Source of the DNA: Squalus acanthias | Taxonomy: Eukaryota | Reading direction: 5' to 3' | Assembly: GCA_030390025.1 (NCBI GenBank) | Contig: CM059432.1 | Coordinates: 83,330,001-83,394,000, forward strand | Length of the DNA: 64,000 nucleotides | Shown: positions 14,045 through 26,525 of the stretch, one piece after another | Layout of the letters: the number at the start of each line of letters is the position of its first letter | Position numbering within the stretch: the first letter of the stretch is position 1 | Made by a program: the position numbers and the translations under genes | The notes under the pieces: model-generated | The model's database searches: none | What the model saw: only the letters and a program-made list of their open reading frames with translations | Told to the model about the DNA's origin: nothing

Positions 14045-16718
14045 CAATGTCCCAAACTCCTCCATCACCATCCCTGGATATGTCCTGTCCCACCGGCAGG
14101 ACAGACCCACCAGGGGTGGCGGCACAGTGGTATTACAGTCGGGAAGGAGTGGCCCTGAGAGTCCTCAATGTTGACTCCACACCCCATGAAGTCTCATGGC
14201 TTCAGGTCAAGCATGGGTAAGGAAACCTCCTGCTGATTACCACCTATGGCCCTCCCTCAGCTGATGAATCAGTACTCCTCCATGTTGAACACCACTTGGA
14301 AGAAGCACCAAGTGCAGCAAGGGTACAAAATGTACTCTGGGTGGGGGACTTCAATGCCCATTACCAAAAATGGCTCGTAGCACCACTACTGACCGAGCTG
14401 GTCGAGTTCTGAAGGACATAACTGCCAGACTAGGATTGCGGCAGGTGGTGTGAGAACCAACACGAGGGAAAAACCTACTTGACCTCGTCCTCACCAATCT
14501 ACCTGTCGCAGATGCATCTGTCCATGACAGCATTGATAGCAGTGATCACTGCACAGTCCTTGTGGAGACAAAGACCCGTCTTCACGCCATCGTGTGCTAA
14601 ATGGGATAGATTCAGAACAGATCTAGCAGCTCAAAACTGGGCATCCATGAGGCGCTGTGGGCCATCAGCAGCAGCAGAATTGTTTTCCACCACAATCTGT
14701 AACCTCATCGCCCAGCATATCCCTCACTCTACCATTACCACCAAGTCAGGGGACCAACCCTGGTTCAATAAGGAGTGTAGAAGAGCATGCCAGGAGAAGC
14801 AATAGACATACCTAAAAATGAGGTGCCAACCTGGGGAAGCTGCAACACAGGACCACATGCATGCTAAAAAGTGGAAGCAGCATGCTAGACAGGGCTAAGC
14901 GATCCCACAATCAATGGATCAGATCAAAAATCTGCAGTCCTGCCACATCCAGTCGTGAATGGTGGTGGACCATTAAACAACTAATGGGAGGAGGAGGCTC
15001 TATGAATATCCCCATCCTCAATGATGGTGGAACCCAGCACGTGAGTGCAAAAGACAAGGCCGAAGCGTTTGCTGTCATCTTCAGACAGATGTACCGAGTG
15101 GATGATCCATATCGGCCCACTCCCGAGGTACCACCATCACAGAAGCCAGTCTTCATTCAATGTGATTCACTCCATATATCAAGAAACAGCTGAGCGCACT
15201 GAATACAACAAAGGCTATGGGCCCCGACAACATCCCAGCTGTCGTGCTGAAGACTTGTGATCCAGAAGTAGCTGCGCCTCTAGCCAAGCTGTTCCAGTAC
15301 AGCTACAACACTGGCATCTATCCGACAATGTGGAAAATTGCCCAGGTATGTCCTGTCCAGAAAAAGCAGGACAAATCCAATCCAGCCAATTACCGCCCCA
15401 TCAGTCTACACTTAATCAGCAGCAAAGTGCTGAAACGTGTCGACAGTGCTATCAAGCGGCACTTACTCACCAATAACCTGCTCACTGATGCCCAGTTAGG
15501 GTTCCGCCAAGACCACTCGGCTCCAGACCTCATTACAGCTTTGGTCCAAACATGAACAAAGGAGCTGAATTCCAGATGTGGGGTGAGAGTGACTGCCCTT
15601 GACATCAAGGCAGCATTTGACTAAGTCTGGCATCAAGGAGCCCCAGTAAAACTGAAGTCAATGGGAATCGGGGGGAAAACTCTCCACTGGCTGACACAAA
15701 GGAAGATGGTTGTGGTGGTTGGAGGTCAATCATCACAGCCCCAGGACATCGCTGCAGGTGTTCCTCAGGGCAGTGTCATAGGCTCAACCATCTTCAGCTT
15801 GTTTATCAATGACCCTCCCTCCAACATAAGGTCAGAAATGGGGATGTTTGCTGATGACTGCACAGTGTTCAGTGCCATTCGCAACTCCTCAAATAATGAA
15901 GCAATCTATGCCGCATGCAGCAAGACCTGGACGACGATCAGGCTTGGGCTGATAAGTGGCAGGTAACATTCGCGCCACAGAAGTGCCAGGCAATGACTAT
16001 CTCCAACAAGCGAGAGTCTAACCACCACCCCTTGACATTCAACGCCATTACCATCACCAAATCCCCCACCAACATCCTGGGGTTACCATTGACCAGAAAC
16101 TTAACTGGACCAGCCACATAAATACAGTGGCCACAAGAGCAGGTCAGAGGCTAGGTATTCTGCGGCGAGTGCCTCACCTCCTGACTCCCCAAAGCCTTTC
16201 CACCATCTACAAGGCACAAGTAAGGAGTGTGATGGAATACTCTCCACTTGCCTGGATGAGTGCAGCTCCAACAAAACTCAAGAAGCTCGACACCATCCAG
16301 ACAAAGCAGCCCGCTTGATTGGCACCCCATCCACCATCTTAAACATTCACTCCCTCCACCACCGGTATACCGTGGCTGCAGTGTGTACCATCTACAAGAT
16401 GCACTGCACAGGCTTCTTCGGCAGCACCTCCCAAACCCACGACCTCTACCACCTAGAAGGACAAGGGCAGCAGGCGATTGGGAACACCATCACCTCCAAG
16501 TTCCCCTCCAAGTCACACACCATCCTGACTTGGAAGTATATCGCCGTTCCTTCATTGTCGCTGGGTCAAAATCCTGGAACTCCCTAACAGCACTGTGGGA
16601 GTACCTTCACCACGCGGACTGCAGCGGTTCAAGGCGGCAACTCACCACCACCTTCTCAAGGGCAATAAATGCTGGCCTTGCCAGCGATGCCCACATCCCA
16701 TGAACGAATAAAAAAAAT
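14045..16718 (+). mobile_element. Longest LINE family A copy (APE endonuclease + RT remnants), in LACTB2 intron 1, antisense to the gene
   Basis: Endonuclease-like TIPGYVLSHRQDRPTRGGG and WVGDFNAH; RT motifs NYRPISL, GVPQGSVIG, FADD. Multiple stops and frameshifts. Ends CCCACATCCCATGAACGAAT(A)n. Confidence 0.9.
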
Positions 16719-17799
16719 TTGTGACACCATGATTTCTCTACATTGCAGCAGATCCTGGAGGCAGCGTGTGGCATCTCCAGGCCAATCTGCAAGGGAGCCC
16801 CTCCACCACAGATGCTCATAGAGGCCTGAGGTGTCAGCTTTCTCTCCCAACCTCCAAACAATGCAAGCTGAGAAAGAGACAAGTATCTCTTCAGAACTTC
16901 ACTGATGTCATGATACCATTAGTTCTGCTTTCCTGCAGATCAGTGGCCATGCATAGGCATTGCCCAGTACTGATGGCATGGCAGGAATGTGCTCACGATG
17001 TTGCTGTCTCTCAGAATAGCAGCACGTGCATACCTGCTGCCAGCACCCTCACAAGCCTGCGCATATGGCAGAAAGGAGAGAAAGTAGAGCTGTAGCAAGT
17101 AGAAAGGTGCAGTCTGCAGGAGGTCCATCTCTGGACAATGCTCCTGTGACAAGAGGGTGATCTCAAATCCAAGGCTCATAGTGACATAGCAACTGGCCAC
17201 CTCTTATATTCCTACTTCTTCATTAGATTAGATTTGAAAATTCAAACATCATATACTGGCACCAAGGGGAAGCACAATGCTAAGAAGTAGCTACATCCAC
17301 AAAGTATGGATTGTAAATAAAATTGTAGTTTAATCGGCCGACATTGTTTTTGGCAAAATTGAAGAGTGGCTTCGCGAAGGTGGCAATGTATGAGAGTGAT
17401 GTGAATTGTTGCACACAAAGAAGGGGCTGTAGATGATGTTTGCAATGAAAAGGGGGAAGATGTAGACAGGACCAAAGTTAACTCTAATTTTTTTTGTGCG
17501 CGGTCCCTTTAAGTGGCTGCGAGATCCATTCATATTTACACGCATGTGCGTTCTTTTCCATTTAAAAGCCGGTGAGCAACCTGCATGGGATCTCCAGACC
17601 GCTGTGCGGTCGCGAAGCTTAGCAGGAACGTTGGACAGGACTATTGTACTGCGTAGATGTGGTAATCAAGGGATGGTCTCTTGCATCAGATTGGAAAGAA
17701 TGTTTCTGGCAGTTAGCAATGAGTTGTCCTTTGTATCCCCTTCAGGCTGTTACTGCTCCTCTGGTTAATCCCTCTACTGTCCTTGAATACCTTGATCTC

Positions 17800-17930
17800 T
17801 GGATCCTCCATGATGAGGCCTTTTTGTAAAGCAAAGTTGTGCAGCAGGTAGCACTCAACCATGATCCTCGAGACTCATGGTGAACTATAATGCAGAGCAA
17901 CTGCAAACCGATCTGAAGCACGCCGTCCAC
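17800..17930 (-). pseudogene. Ancient Harbinger transposase C-terminal remnant
   Basis: The minus frame reads DRFAVALHYSSP*VSRIMVECYLLHNFALQKG, homologous to DHSGGALQYSPERVSNFVVVCCMLHNMAI of the intact copy. Confidence 0.6.
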
Positions 17931-17989
17931 ATTCTAATTGTGCGCTCCAGGAAAGTGGAAAATGGCACTCACTACAGTGGTACTCAACT

Positions 17990-18240
17990 GCTTAAACATT
18001 CACTCCCTGCACCATCGGCACAGCGTAGCTGCAGTGTGTACCATCCACAAGATGCACTGCAGCAACTCACCAAGTCTTCTTCGACAGCACCTCCCAAACC
18101 CACAACCTCTACAACCTAGGACAAGGACTGCAGCAGTTCAAGGCAATGGCTCACCACCACCTTCTCAAGGACAATTAGGGATAGGCAATAAATGCTGGCC
18201 TTGTCAGCGACGCCCACACATCCCATAAACAAATAAAAAG
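17990..18240 (+). mobile_element. LINE family A 3' fragment with internal deletions
   Basis: LNIHSLHHRHSVAAVCTIHKMHCSNSP, followed by the family 3' UTR GGCAATAAATGCTGGCCTTG. Confidence 0.8.
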
Positions 18241-18754
18241 CGAGGCCAGCTTGTGAGTGACACGACAGCAGGGCCTGATTCATCTACTCCTGCTTCTATT
18301 TCTTATGTCAGTATTTGGTTAGTGACGGCCGAATGCACTTCCTGTCCGGGAGCAAAGGTCGGCTAGGAGTTGGGTCCGGAAAAAAATAGTAACTCATGAT
18401 TTTTATACCAAATCTCTTGATTTTTAAGAGCTTGTCTCTTGACTTATGAGATGGTGGGGTTGGCATTACTGAGCGAGGCCGGAGATTGGCATGCCCCTTA
18501 TTTCCCTGAACGGGCTCTCAAAACAATTTGGAGACCGAGACTGACATCACACAAATGTAGCTGGGCTTCAATATGCAGCTATTCGACCACCGAAGGCCCA
18601 TCGGGGCGAGTGTCACTGGATCAACCCCACCGACAGGGCTACATTCCCGGGAGGTTTGGACAAGCCCATAGGGGGCAGCGGACCCACGGGGCCGCCTCGC
18701 TCTGCCCCCCGGCTTTCGTGCCTGTCCCGCCCGGCGGCCTCAGGGTTCACTCAC

Positions 18755-18876
18755 CGGGGGCCGACCCCCACCAGGTAGGTGTTGGTCCCCTGCAGAGTCA
18801 TCGGGCCCGGGTTACAGCCCAGCACCCGCACCACGCGCGACGACAGCCGCTGCACCTTCGGAAGAGCCACCGCCAT
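18755..18876 (-). CDS. LACTB2: LACTB2 first coding exon
   Basis: ATG at 18876: [42 protein letters not shown]|gtgagt. Nearly identical to the vertebrate LACTB2 N-terminus. 122 coding nt in a GC/CpG-rich region. Confidence 0.97.
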
Positions 18877-18892
18877 CCAACCACTAGGCCGC

Positions 18893-20314
18893 GGAGTCCG
18901 GACTCGCTCTCCTGTTCGGGGAAAGGGAGGAGAGTGCAGCAAAATATAAAACACGGAGTCCGGATTCACTCTCCTGTTCGGGGAAAGGGAGGAGAGTGCA
19001 GGGAAAGATAAAACACGGAGTCCGGACTCACTCTCCTGTTCGGGGAAAGGGAGGAGAGTGCAGCAAAATATAAAACACGGAGTCCGGATTCACTCTCCTG
19101 TTCGGGGAAAGGGAGGAGAGTGCAGGGAAAGATAAAACACGGAGTCCGGACTCACTCTCCTGTTCGGGGAAAGGGAGGAGAGTGCAGCAAAATATAAAAC
19201 ACGGAGTCCGGATTCACTCTCCTGTTCGGGGAAAGGGAGGAGAGTGCAGGGAAAGATAAAACACGGAGTCCGGACTCGCTCTCCTGTTCAGGGAAAGGGA
19301 GGAGAGTGCAGAAAAAGATAAAACACGGAGTCCGGACTCACTCTCCTGTTCGGGGAAAGGGAGGAGAGTGCAGCAAAATATAAAACACGGAGTCCAGACT
19401 CGCTCTCCTGTTCGGGGAAAGTCAGGAGAGTGCAGCAAAATATAAAACACGGAGTCTGGGCTCGCTCTCCTGTTCGGGGAAAGGGAGGAGAGTGCAGCAA
19501 AATATAAAACACGGAGTCTGGGCTCGCTCTCCTGTTCGGGGAAAGGGAGGAGAGTGCAGCAAAATATAAAACACGGAGTCCGGACTCACTCTCCTGTTCG
19601 GGGAAAGGGAGGAGAGTTCAGGAAAAGATAAAACACGGAGTCCGGATTCACTCTCCTGTTCGGGGAAAGGGAGGAGAGTGCAGAAAAAGATAAAACACGG
19701 AGTCCGGGCCCGCTCTCCTGTTTGGGGAAAGGGAGGAGAGTGCAGAAAAAGATAAAACACGGAGTCCGGACTCGCTCTCCTGTTCGGGGAAAGGGAGGAG
19801 AGTGCAGAAAAAGATAAAACACGGAGTCTGGACTCTCTCTCCTGTTCAGGGAAAGGGAGGAGAGTGCAGCAAAATATAAAACACGGAGTCCGGACTCACT
19901 CTCCTGTTCGGGGAAAGGGAGGAGAGTGCAGCAAAAGATAAAACACGGAGTCCGGACTCACTCTCCTGTTTGGGGAAAGAGAGGAGAGTGCAGCAAAAAA
20001 TAAAACACGGAGTCCGGATTCACTCTCCTGTTCAGGGAAAGGGAAGAGAGTGCAGGAAAAGATAAAACATGGAGTCCGGACTCGCTCTCCTGTTCAGGGA
20101 AAGGCAAGAGAGTGCAGCAAAAGATAAAACACGGAGTCCGGGCCCGCTCTCCTGTTTGGGGAAAGAGAGGAGAGTGCAGCAAAATATAAAACACGGAGTC
20201 GGGGCCCGCTCTCCTGTTAGGGGAAAGGGAGCAGAATGCAGCAAATTATAAAACACGGAGTCAGGGCCCGCTCTCCTGTTCGGGGAAAGGGAGCAGATTG
20301 CAGCAAAAGATAAA
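18893..20314. repeat. Minisatellite, ~23 x 62 bp, directly upstream of the LACTB2 ATG
   Basis: Unit GGAGTCCGGACTCACTCTCCTGTTCGGGGAAAGGGAGGAGAGTGCAGCAAAATATAAAACAC. Unit starts at 18893, 18955, ... 20257 fit an exact 62-bp period. Confidence 0.97.
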
Positions 20315-20844
20315 TTAACAGCGGCAAAGTGCTCAGTTAAAACTGCTGGGAGCAGCTGGTGTGCAGCAGCAGGTGGGAGGACGGGACTTCTTGGGGAGAG
20401 AAGGATGTTGAAAGTGGTCGAGGAGGCAAGTGAAGGGAGTGAGAATTAAGTTTTAGGAACAAAATTATAAAATAAAAATGAAAGTTTACAGAACTGAGAA
20501 AGGAGGAACAGAGCCACCTAAGGCCAGGAATAATTGATGTGGCAGATATAGTTTGGAGGCACAACAGTGCTACCTGGTGTCTCGAGGCCTGAAAGGTGAG
20601 TATAACGTATACATGCTTTCGTGTTTATTTTGTAGGTTAAAATTACAACGCCTCCTGTTCACACAGAATCGTGATGAAAAGAGTCATGGCTCAAAATTAA
20701 TGAACAAGAAGTCTACACAGATAAAAGAATTTTTAATATACTCATCGATCTCCTGAGGCTTTGCTGGGTTGGGGGGTAATTTTGACTGGTAGTATAAAAT
20801 GCATGATAGTGAATATCTGTTTTATACTATGGAGTGACTGCTAC

Positions 20845-20900
20845 CAACGAACCGGAAGCTGCGCAGAAGTGTGCTGCGCACTCTAACAACCGGAAGCATG
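20845..20900. promoter_or_regulatory. Candidate housekeeping/bidirectional promoter element cluster (ETS x2, TGCGCA x2)
   Basis: ACCGGAAG at 20851 and 20889, CTGCGCA at 20859 and 20874. Lies between the divergent LACTB2 and XKR9 genes. Confidence 0.4.
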
Positions 20901-20914
20901 ATGTTTCTGCTTTA

Positions 20915-21445
20915 AAACAGAAAATGCTGGAAACACTCAGCAGGTCAGGCTGAGAGAAACAGAGTTAACATTTCAGGTCGATGACCTGTCATCAGAACTG
21001 GAAAAAGTTAGAGATGTAACAGATTTTTAAGCAAGTGTCGGGGCAGGGAAAGGGGGAAGGGGAGAGGAGGGGAGGAAAGAACAAAAGGGAAGGTCTGTGA
21101 TAGGGTGGAAGGCAGGAGAGATTAAAAGACAAAAGGGACGATGGTGCAAGGCAAAAAGAGATGGTTAAGAAACAAAAGATGACTTTAGATGAGGTGTAAA
21201 TGGAAATGGCAGAATCATCAAGAGCTGCCATGTGAGAGGAAAAAAAAAGAAAAAAGTAATATGGGGGCCGAGGTCGGAGACATCAGAGTGGCAGTGGAGT
21301 AGAGAATTAAAGTGACAGGTGACCGGAAGTTCGGGGTCACGCTTACGGACTGAACGGAGGTGTTCCGCAAAGCGGTCACCCAATCTGTGTTTGGTCTCGC
21401 CAATGTACACTTCACTCCCACTCTGATCTCTCCATCCTCAGCCTG
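20915..21445 (-). mobile_element. Penelope-like element 3' fragment (GIY-YIG remnant + terminal repeat with hammerhead)
   Basis: Minus ORF YIGETKHRLGDRFAEHLRSVRKRDPELPVTCHFNS (GIY-YIG endonuclease). Minus-strand CTGATGA-C-AGGTC-ATC-GACCT-GAAA-TGTTAAC at 20995-20964. Confidence 0.85.
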
Positions 21446-21987
21446 CCATATAACTGCAGTGCATTAAATTTAGCACATAAAATTGTGAATATTGATTTAA
21501 AAATGGATCCTTTTGCTTTTATTGCTCTTAGATTTACTTTTGTTTTAAATCTCCAAACATGAATCAATATCTATTTATTGCACAACTTAGGCAGGCTTCA
21601 AACCTTCTCACAGGGTATGTGCTCATAGTAAACAAAATGATAAAGAGATGGTATATTGGTGAAACTGAAATATTTCATCCTAACTACTGCATTAATACTG
21701 TCAAATAAACCAGTTGCAGGGATTTAACCAGCTATCAGAATGCGCCCAAATGTACAAAAATAGAAACACAATAAAGGAAGTCGTTTTCAGTGCTGCAGGC
21801 AATTTTATGTTAAAGATCAAGGTTCAATGATTGATCAAAGTGCTTTTGAATTCAGCAGTACTACTAGGGTCAAGAATCTGAACCATCAACATGTATCATC
21901 TGTATAAAAAAAATACAGACCTAATTAAAAATACTGGACTGCACTGTGCTGGTTTGCAATAATCTCAGTTATTGTATCCCATCCATA

Positions 21988-22370
21988 ACAATAACTTGCA
22001 TTTATATAGCACCTTTAACATAGAAAAACATTCCAAGATGCTTCAAAGAGGTGTAATCAGACAAAAATGCATATGAGCCTATGAAGGAGATATTAGGAGG
22101 GGTGACCAAAAGTTTAAGAGGTGGTTTTAAGGGAACTCTTAAAGGAGGAGAGGGAGCTGAAGAGGCGGAGAGGTTTACAGAGGGAATTCCAGAGCTTAGG
22201 GCCTAGATGGCTGAAGGTACATCTGCCAGTAGTGGGGCGAAGGGAGTAGGGATGGTAGGAGGCTAGAGTTAGAGGAGTGCAAAGTTCTCAGAGGGTTGTA
22301 GGTCTGGAGGAGGTTACAGAGATAGAGAGGCGTGAGGCCATGAAGGAATCTGAACCCTAGGATGAGAGTT
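21988..22370 (-). mobile_element. L2 LINE 3' fragment
   Basis: Same terminus and body as 9181-9550. Confidence 0.7.
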
Positions 22371-22649
22371 TGAGACGTGAGAGAGTGAAGATGAGGGCCA
22401 TACCATGGGGATTGACTGGGAAAGGAGAGAGTAACGGTTTTGCTGGGGAAAGGGCATCAAAGTTGTATGTGAAGGAATTGGAACAATTACAACATATCAC
22501 AGAAGAATCTGGGATGCATCTTTGCTCTTTGTTGAATCATTTTGTCTGTGGGAACTACATAAGGGAAGTGATACAAGTTTTTCAATAGTTGTCGAATAAA
22601 CCAGTCTGTGATTGAAAGTAACATCTATTCTGTTCTCATGCAGAAAAAT

Positions 22650-25356
22650 ATTGCACGTAATTTGCGGGAACAACAGGAGAAGAAATGACAGACCTTTTCA
22701 GTCAACTCAGCAGGAGGAGGAGGCAATTGAGATTTGGGATTCCACTCAGCTGAAGTGATACAGGCATAAGATGTGGGAGGTTCTGCACCCACAGTTGGGT
22801 CATGCAGAACAAGTGTTGATATTCAAAAATCAAGAAAAGATTTTAATTTCTGAAACTCGGTGCATTTCTCTTGTTCTTTTCTCTCCACATGAGTTGTAAG
22901 CAGGATAGAAGGAGAAAGAAAATGACCCAATGATTGGACCCTGAACAGCAGAGGCAGCCAACAGAAATTTGCTCACACCCTCTCAAAGTCTCACTAGCCC
23001 AGATAGAGTTTCTCGGGGATATAGATAGTTTAGATGAGGAGTGGACATTAGGTGTTGCATGATGCACAAGAAGCTAGATGAAGTTGTGGGAGAATGTTCC
23101 TGAGTGGAGGCTAAGGAAATATCAGCCCATGGCTGAAGAGCATTTGGATAATAATATCAGGGATCATACCATGAAAAGAAGGATGCTAGCAGAAGATCAA
23201 ACTCATATGAAGACAGTGCAAAGTCTTGCTGACCATGTGCAGCAGATGTCAGGACTGGCAATGGAGTTCAATGCTGTATTTTGCTGCAACATCAGAGAAA
23301 CCTCCTTAATAATGCAGAGCAGCCTGGAATGAGTGGCAGCTGCAGGAATTTCTTATGTCTCACAAAACAGAGGCCTATAAGTAAGTCAGCATCTCTAAAT
23401 GCTGGCGTTGACTTGTGGCATTGAGGCCTGGGGTGATGGAATGGACAGAATGGAGAGAGCAATATCTACTGGATACTGAGATCTCCAGAACACCATATTG
23501 AAGGATTTTCAGGATATTCAGTATACGCTTCGAGGGATTAAGAGATATTAGTAATTCCATAAGGTCTGTTTTTCACAGATCAGTGGAAACCAACAGCCTG
23601 ATCTCATGCCTAGTGGGAGACCAGGAGATGGCTCAGAGGATTCTGCCTTTCCTCTGGACAGCAGCGCCAAGAATCCTCTGCTCAAGAATCATCCCCTCAG
23701 ATGCCTGCCCAGGTAGAAGAAAGTCACGAAGCCATGGCTGTGTAGATTCCCAGTTCAGAGAAGCAGTCTGTCATGGGACCATCCCTGGACTCAGCAGCCC
23801 TGAGACAAGGGCCACCTGCATTCCAAGAGGCTCATAGTCACATAAAACAGTTGTTCACATCTCACACCCAGGCCCTCAGGTTGCACTTGGAAGAAGTGTT
23901 CGAATAGGAATGAGGAAAAAGTGTAAAGTCACAAGGGGAGTGCACTAAATGACTTCTAAATTATGAAGTTCCAGAAACCTTAAATGATTGTTGTCAGAAA
24001 TGTTGTTAGATGTGGTATAGCTATAATAAGATCTGACATTAACAAAAGTCTCTCTGCTGAGTTTGTCTGACTAGGGTTGATAACCCTCTCCAACAGGCTT
24101 ATGTCCAACCAGAGTTGGCAGCCCTCTATGTCACAGCTCTTTCACAGAAAATGCCTGTGATCCTGCTGTGTCTTCCTCATGACTGAGTTTCTTTCTCTCT
24201 CTCTCTCTCTCTCTCTCTCGGAGGGGGGGGTGTAATTCAGCTTCTGACTCAATCTCCTCCTCGGGAATCATAACTTCCAGGCCATTTGAAGAATAAAGCT
24301 ATGGAGGACGCAGTAGGCCTCCAAAATTCATGAGGTATCATTGGGAGCATATTGGAGCGAGCTGCTGACCTATCCTGCCATCCTTTCCCGGTCTGCCTTA
24401 TATTTGACTCCACTACCCAACCAACATGGTTGATTCAAACCACTTAGTTCAGGGCAACAAGGGATGGGCAATAAATACTGGCCTTGCCAGTGATGTCCAC
24501 ATCCCAAGAATTAATTAAAACAAATCTAGGTGCCTGAATCTTCCCTTCAGTGTGCCAAGGGCATCCTCAATTTTAATTCAAGGGCAGATATAACACTTGT
24601 TGCATTGTTTCTCTAGTGGTCCTTTTTAATATTGTTAGAAACCAAGTTAGCATTGGACAGCCCTTGTCTACAAGAAGATAAGTTCTTGATTCTGAAAGAG
24701 TGCAGGGAGGGTGAACTGCCGAAGGATGGATGAATCATTGCAGCTGTCTGTATACTGGGAATTGACATACAGAAACATATGCCTGTGGTCACAAGCTAAT
24801 TGGACATTAAGGGAATGAAGTATCTTTTGGTTCACATAATGGTGTGTGTTGACAATAGGGGTTTGTATGGCTACGAGTGCAATCTGTAGCTTCAAGCACA
24901 TGTGGAAAGCCTGTGATCCAATAAAAATGAATGGCTCACTCACCCATTGATCCTGCATAAAATGTAATAAACTGGACTTCCTTGGCAAACAGGGCGTTAA
25001 TTACTTACCGTATACAGGAAAGGGTAGCAAATAGACCTGGGAGAAGTCACTTGTTGCCATTTAGAAGGATCCAGGGGCCAAGAAATCAAACATAGTATTG
25101 TCTTTCAGTGCCATAGCAAACACTGTCCTGCTTCTTGAGCAAGTTTGTAGAATTCCCTTTCGAAGGTGCAAAGCTTTTCCACAGCTTCTGAGCTGAACCA
25201 CAGCCCCCTTATGCATAACTCTAGGGATACATTCAAATAACAAGTTCTGAGTCTACACACCCTGGTGACTTCTCTGGTGTTCCACTGGAACTAAATACCA
25301 GGCGTGGCGTATAATGAGCAGGCAATGGGATACTGCCCAAGATGAATTTCTACTCC
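22650..25356 (-). mobile_element. Old degenerate Harbinger element (transposase remnant on minus; probable partner-gene remnant on plus)
   Basis: ORF 24668-24988 reads NQKILHSLNVQLACDHRHMFLYVNSQYTDSCNDSSILRQ, equivalent to NRKGFHSLNVQLVCDH...YPGSCHDAFILRQ. TIR-like GAATTTCTACTCC near 25344-25356. A small LINE 3' fragment is inserted near 24380-24520. Left boundary uncertain. Confidence 0.65.
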
Positions 25357-25494
25357 TTTATGTACACTGACGCAGGAGAGCTACTAGTAAAATATTACAA
25401 GTCTTGCATACAACACACATTTCCTGTCCATATTAACTGCGTCATGATTTTTCAGTCACGCCTTTTAATGTCAACATGTCAACATTTTATATAA

Positions 25495-25620
25495 AAACAG
25501 AAAATGCTGGAACTACTCAGCAGGTCAGGCAGCATCTGTAGAGAGAGAAACAGAGTTAACGTTTCAGGTCAATGACCCTTTGACGCTGAGTATTTTAGCA
25601 TTTTCTGTTTTTAGTTCAGA
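25495..25620. mobile_element. Inverted Penelope terminal-repeat fragment
   Basis: AAAACAGAAAATGCTGGAACTACTCAGC...GCTGAGTATTTTAGCATTTTCTGTTTT. Related to 20915-20990. Confidence 0.65.
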
Positions 25621-25623
25621 TCG

Positions 25624-26525
25624 TGTAAGATTAGAGTCAATTTACTTATTAATTTGTCTATTAACACTTACTTTCTTTATACATATATATTCATGCAGGT
25701 ACTAATTTGTTTGTTAACACTAAAACACACACACGCGTATATGTAATAATTAGAATTAGCTCACAAAGCAAAGTATATATAATTAGAATTAGCTCACAAA
25801 GCAATGTAACCAATCATAAACAGCTTAGCAAAAAGGCTGATGGGGAAAACACTGATCAACTTGACATTTTTATCCGAGTAGGCTATAGCTGAACAAGACA
25901 CAGTAAAAAAAAATGAGGTCACAGACCTTGAAAAGACAGGAGTTTAACAACTTGGGGAAAAACAAGGCACAGCTGGGGCTAGAGTCTATGCAACCATAGG
26001 AACCAGACTGATATGGGAGGTTCACTCGACAGATAAGAAGGGGCCATTTATCACAATAACATCTCTTGAAATAAGGTGCTTTTCAGTGTAAAGTAACGGA
26101 AGGGTAGGGACGGTATGAGATGAGGGGACAAGAGAGAGGACCTATCAGGAGAAAGGGAAGTTGAGCGATAGATTCGAGGGAAGTTCCATAGGCTTGAATT
26201 TAAATAAATGGTATAAGAAAGGGACACCAGCAGGGGTTAAGTGTAGACGTTAACAGAGGAGGATTCAAGTAATTCTAGGGGACACTCAGAAGCTAAATGG
26301 GCCAGGAGGCACGGCTAGAGATGGGTGCAGATAACTCTGACCATGATTTTCACTCAAGGCATAAATGGGGTAGTATGACTCTTAATTATATCTTGTAAAC
26401 TGCTGCGTAAGATACAGTAATTGTGTTGCTCCTTGCTTGTGCTGAATAAAGTTTTAACCAGTGCCACCAATATGGGTCAGTGTTAAATCATTTAGAATCA
26501 AAGATCTCACGAAGAGATTCTCACA
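25624..26525 (+). mobile_element. Solo LTR (~0.9 kb)
   Basis: TGTAAGA...TCTCACA termini, TATA-like GGTATAAGA at ~26211, AATAAA at ~26445, internal duplication TAATTAGAATTAGCTCACAAAGCAA. Flanks ATCG/ACCA match only partly. Confidence 0.6.

Noticed and set aside
18893..20314. CRISPR-like array or repeat protein ORFs (18439-19011, 19214-20256)
   Set aside because: Units are contiguous with no unique spacers, the context is eukaryotic, and the ORFs are frame-cycling translations of the 62-bp unit.
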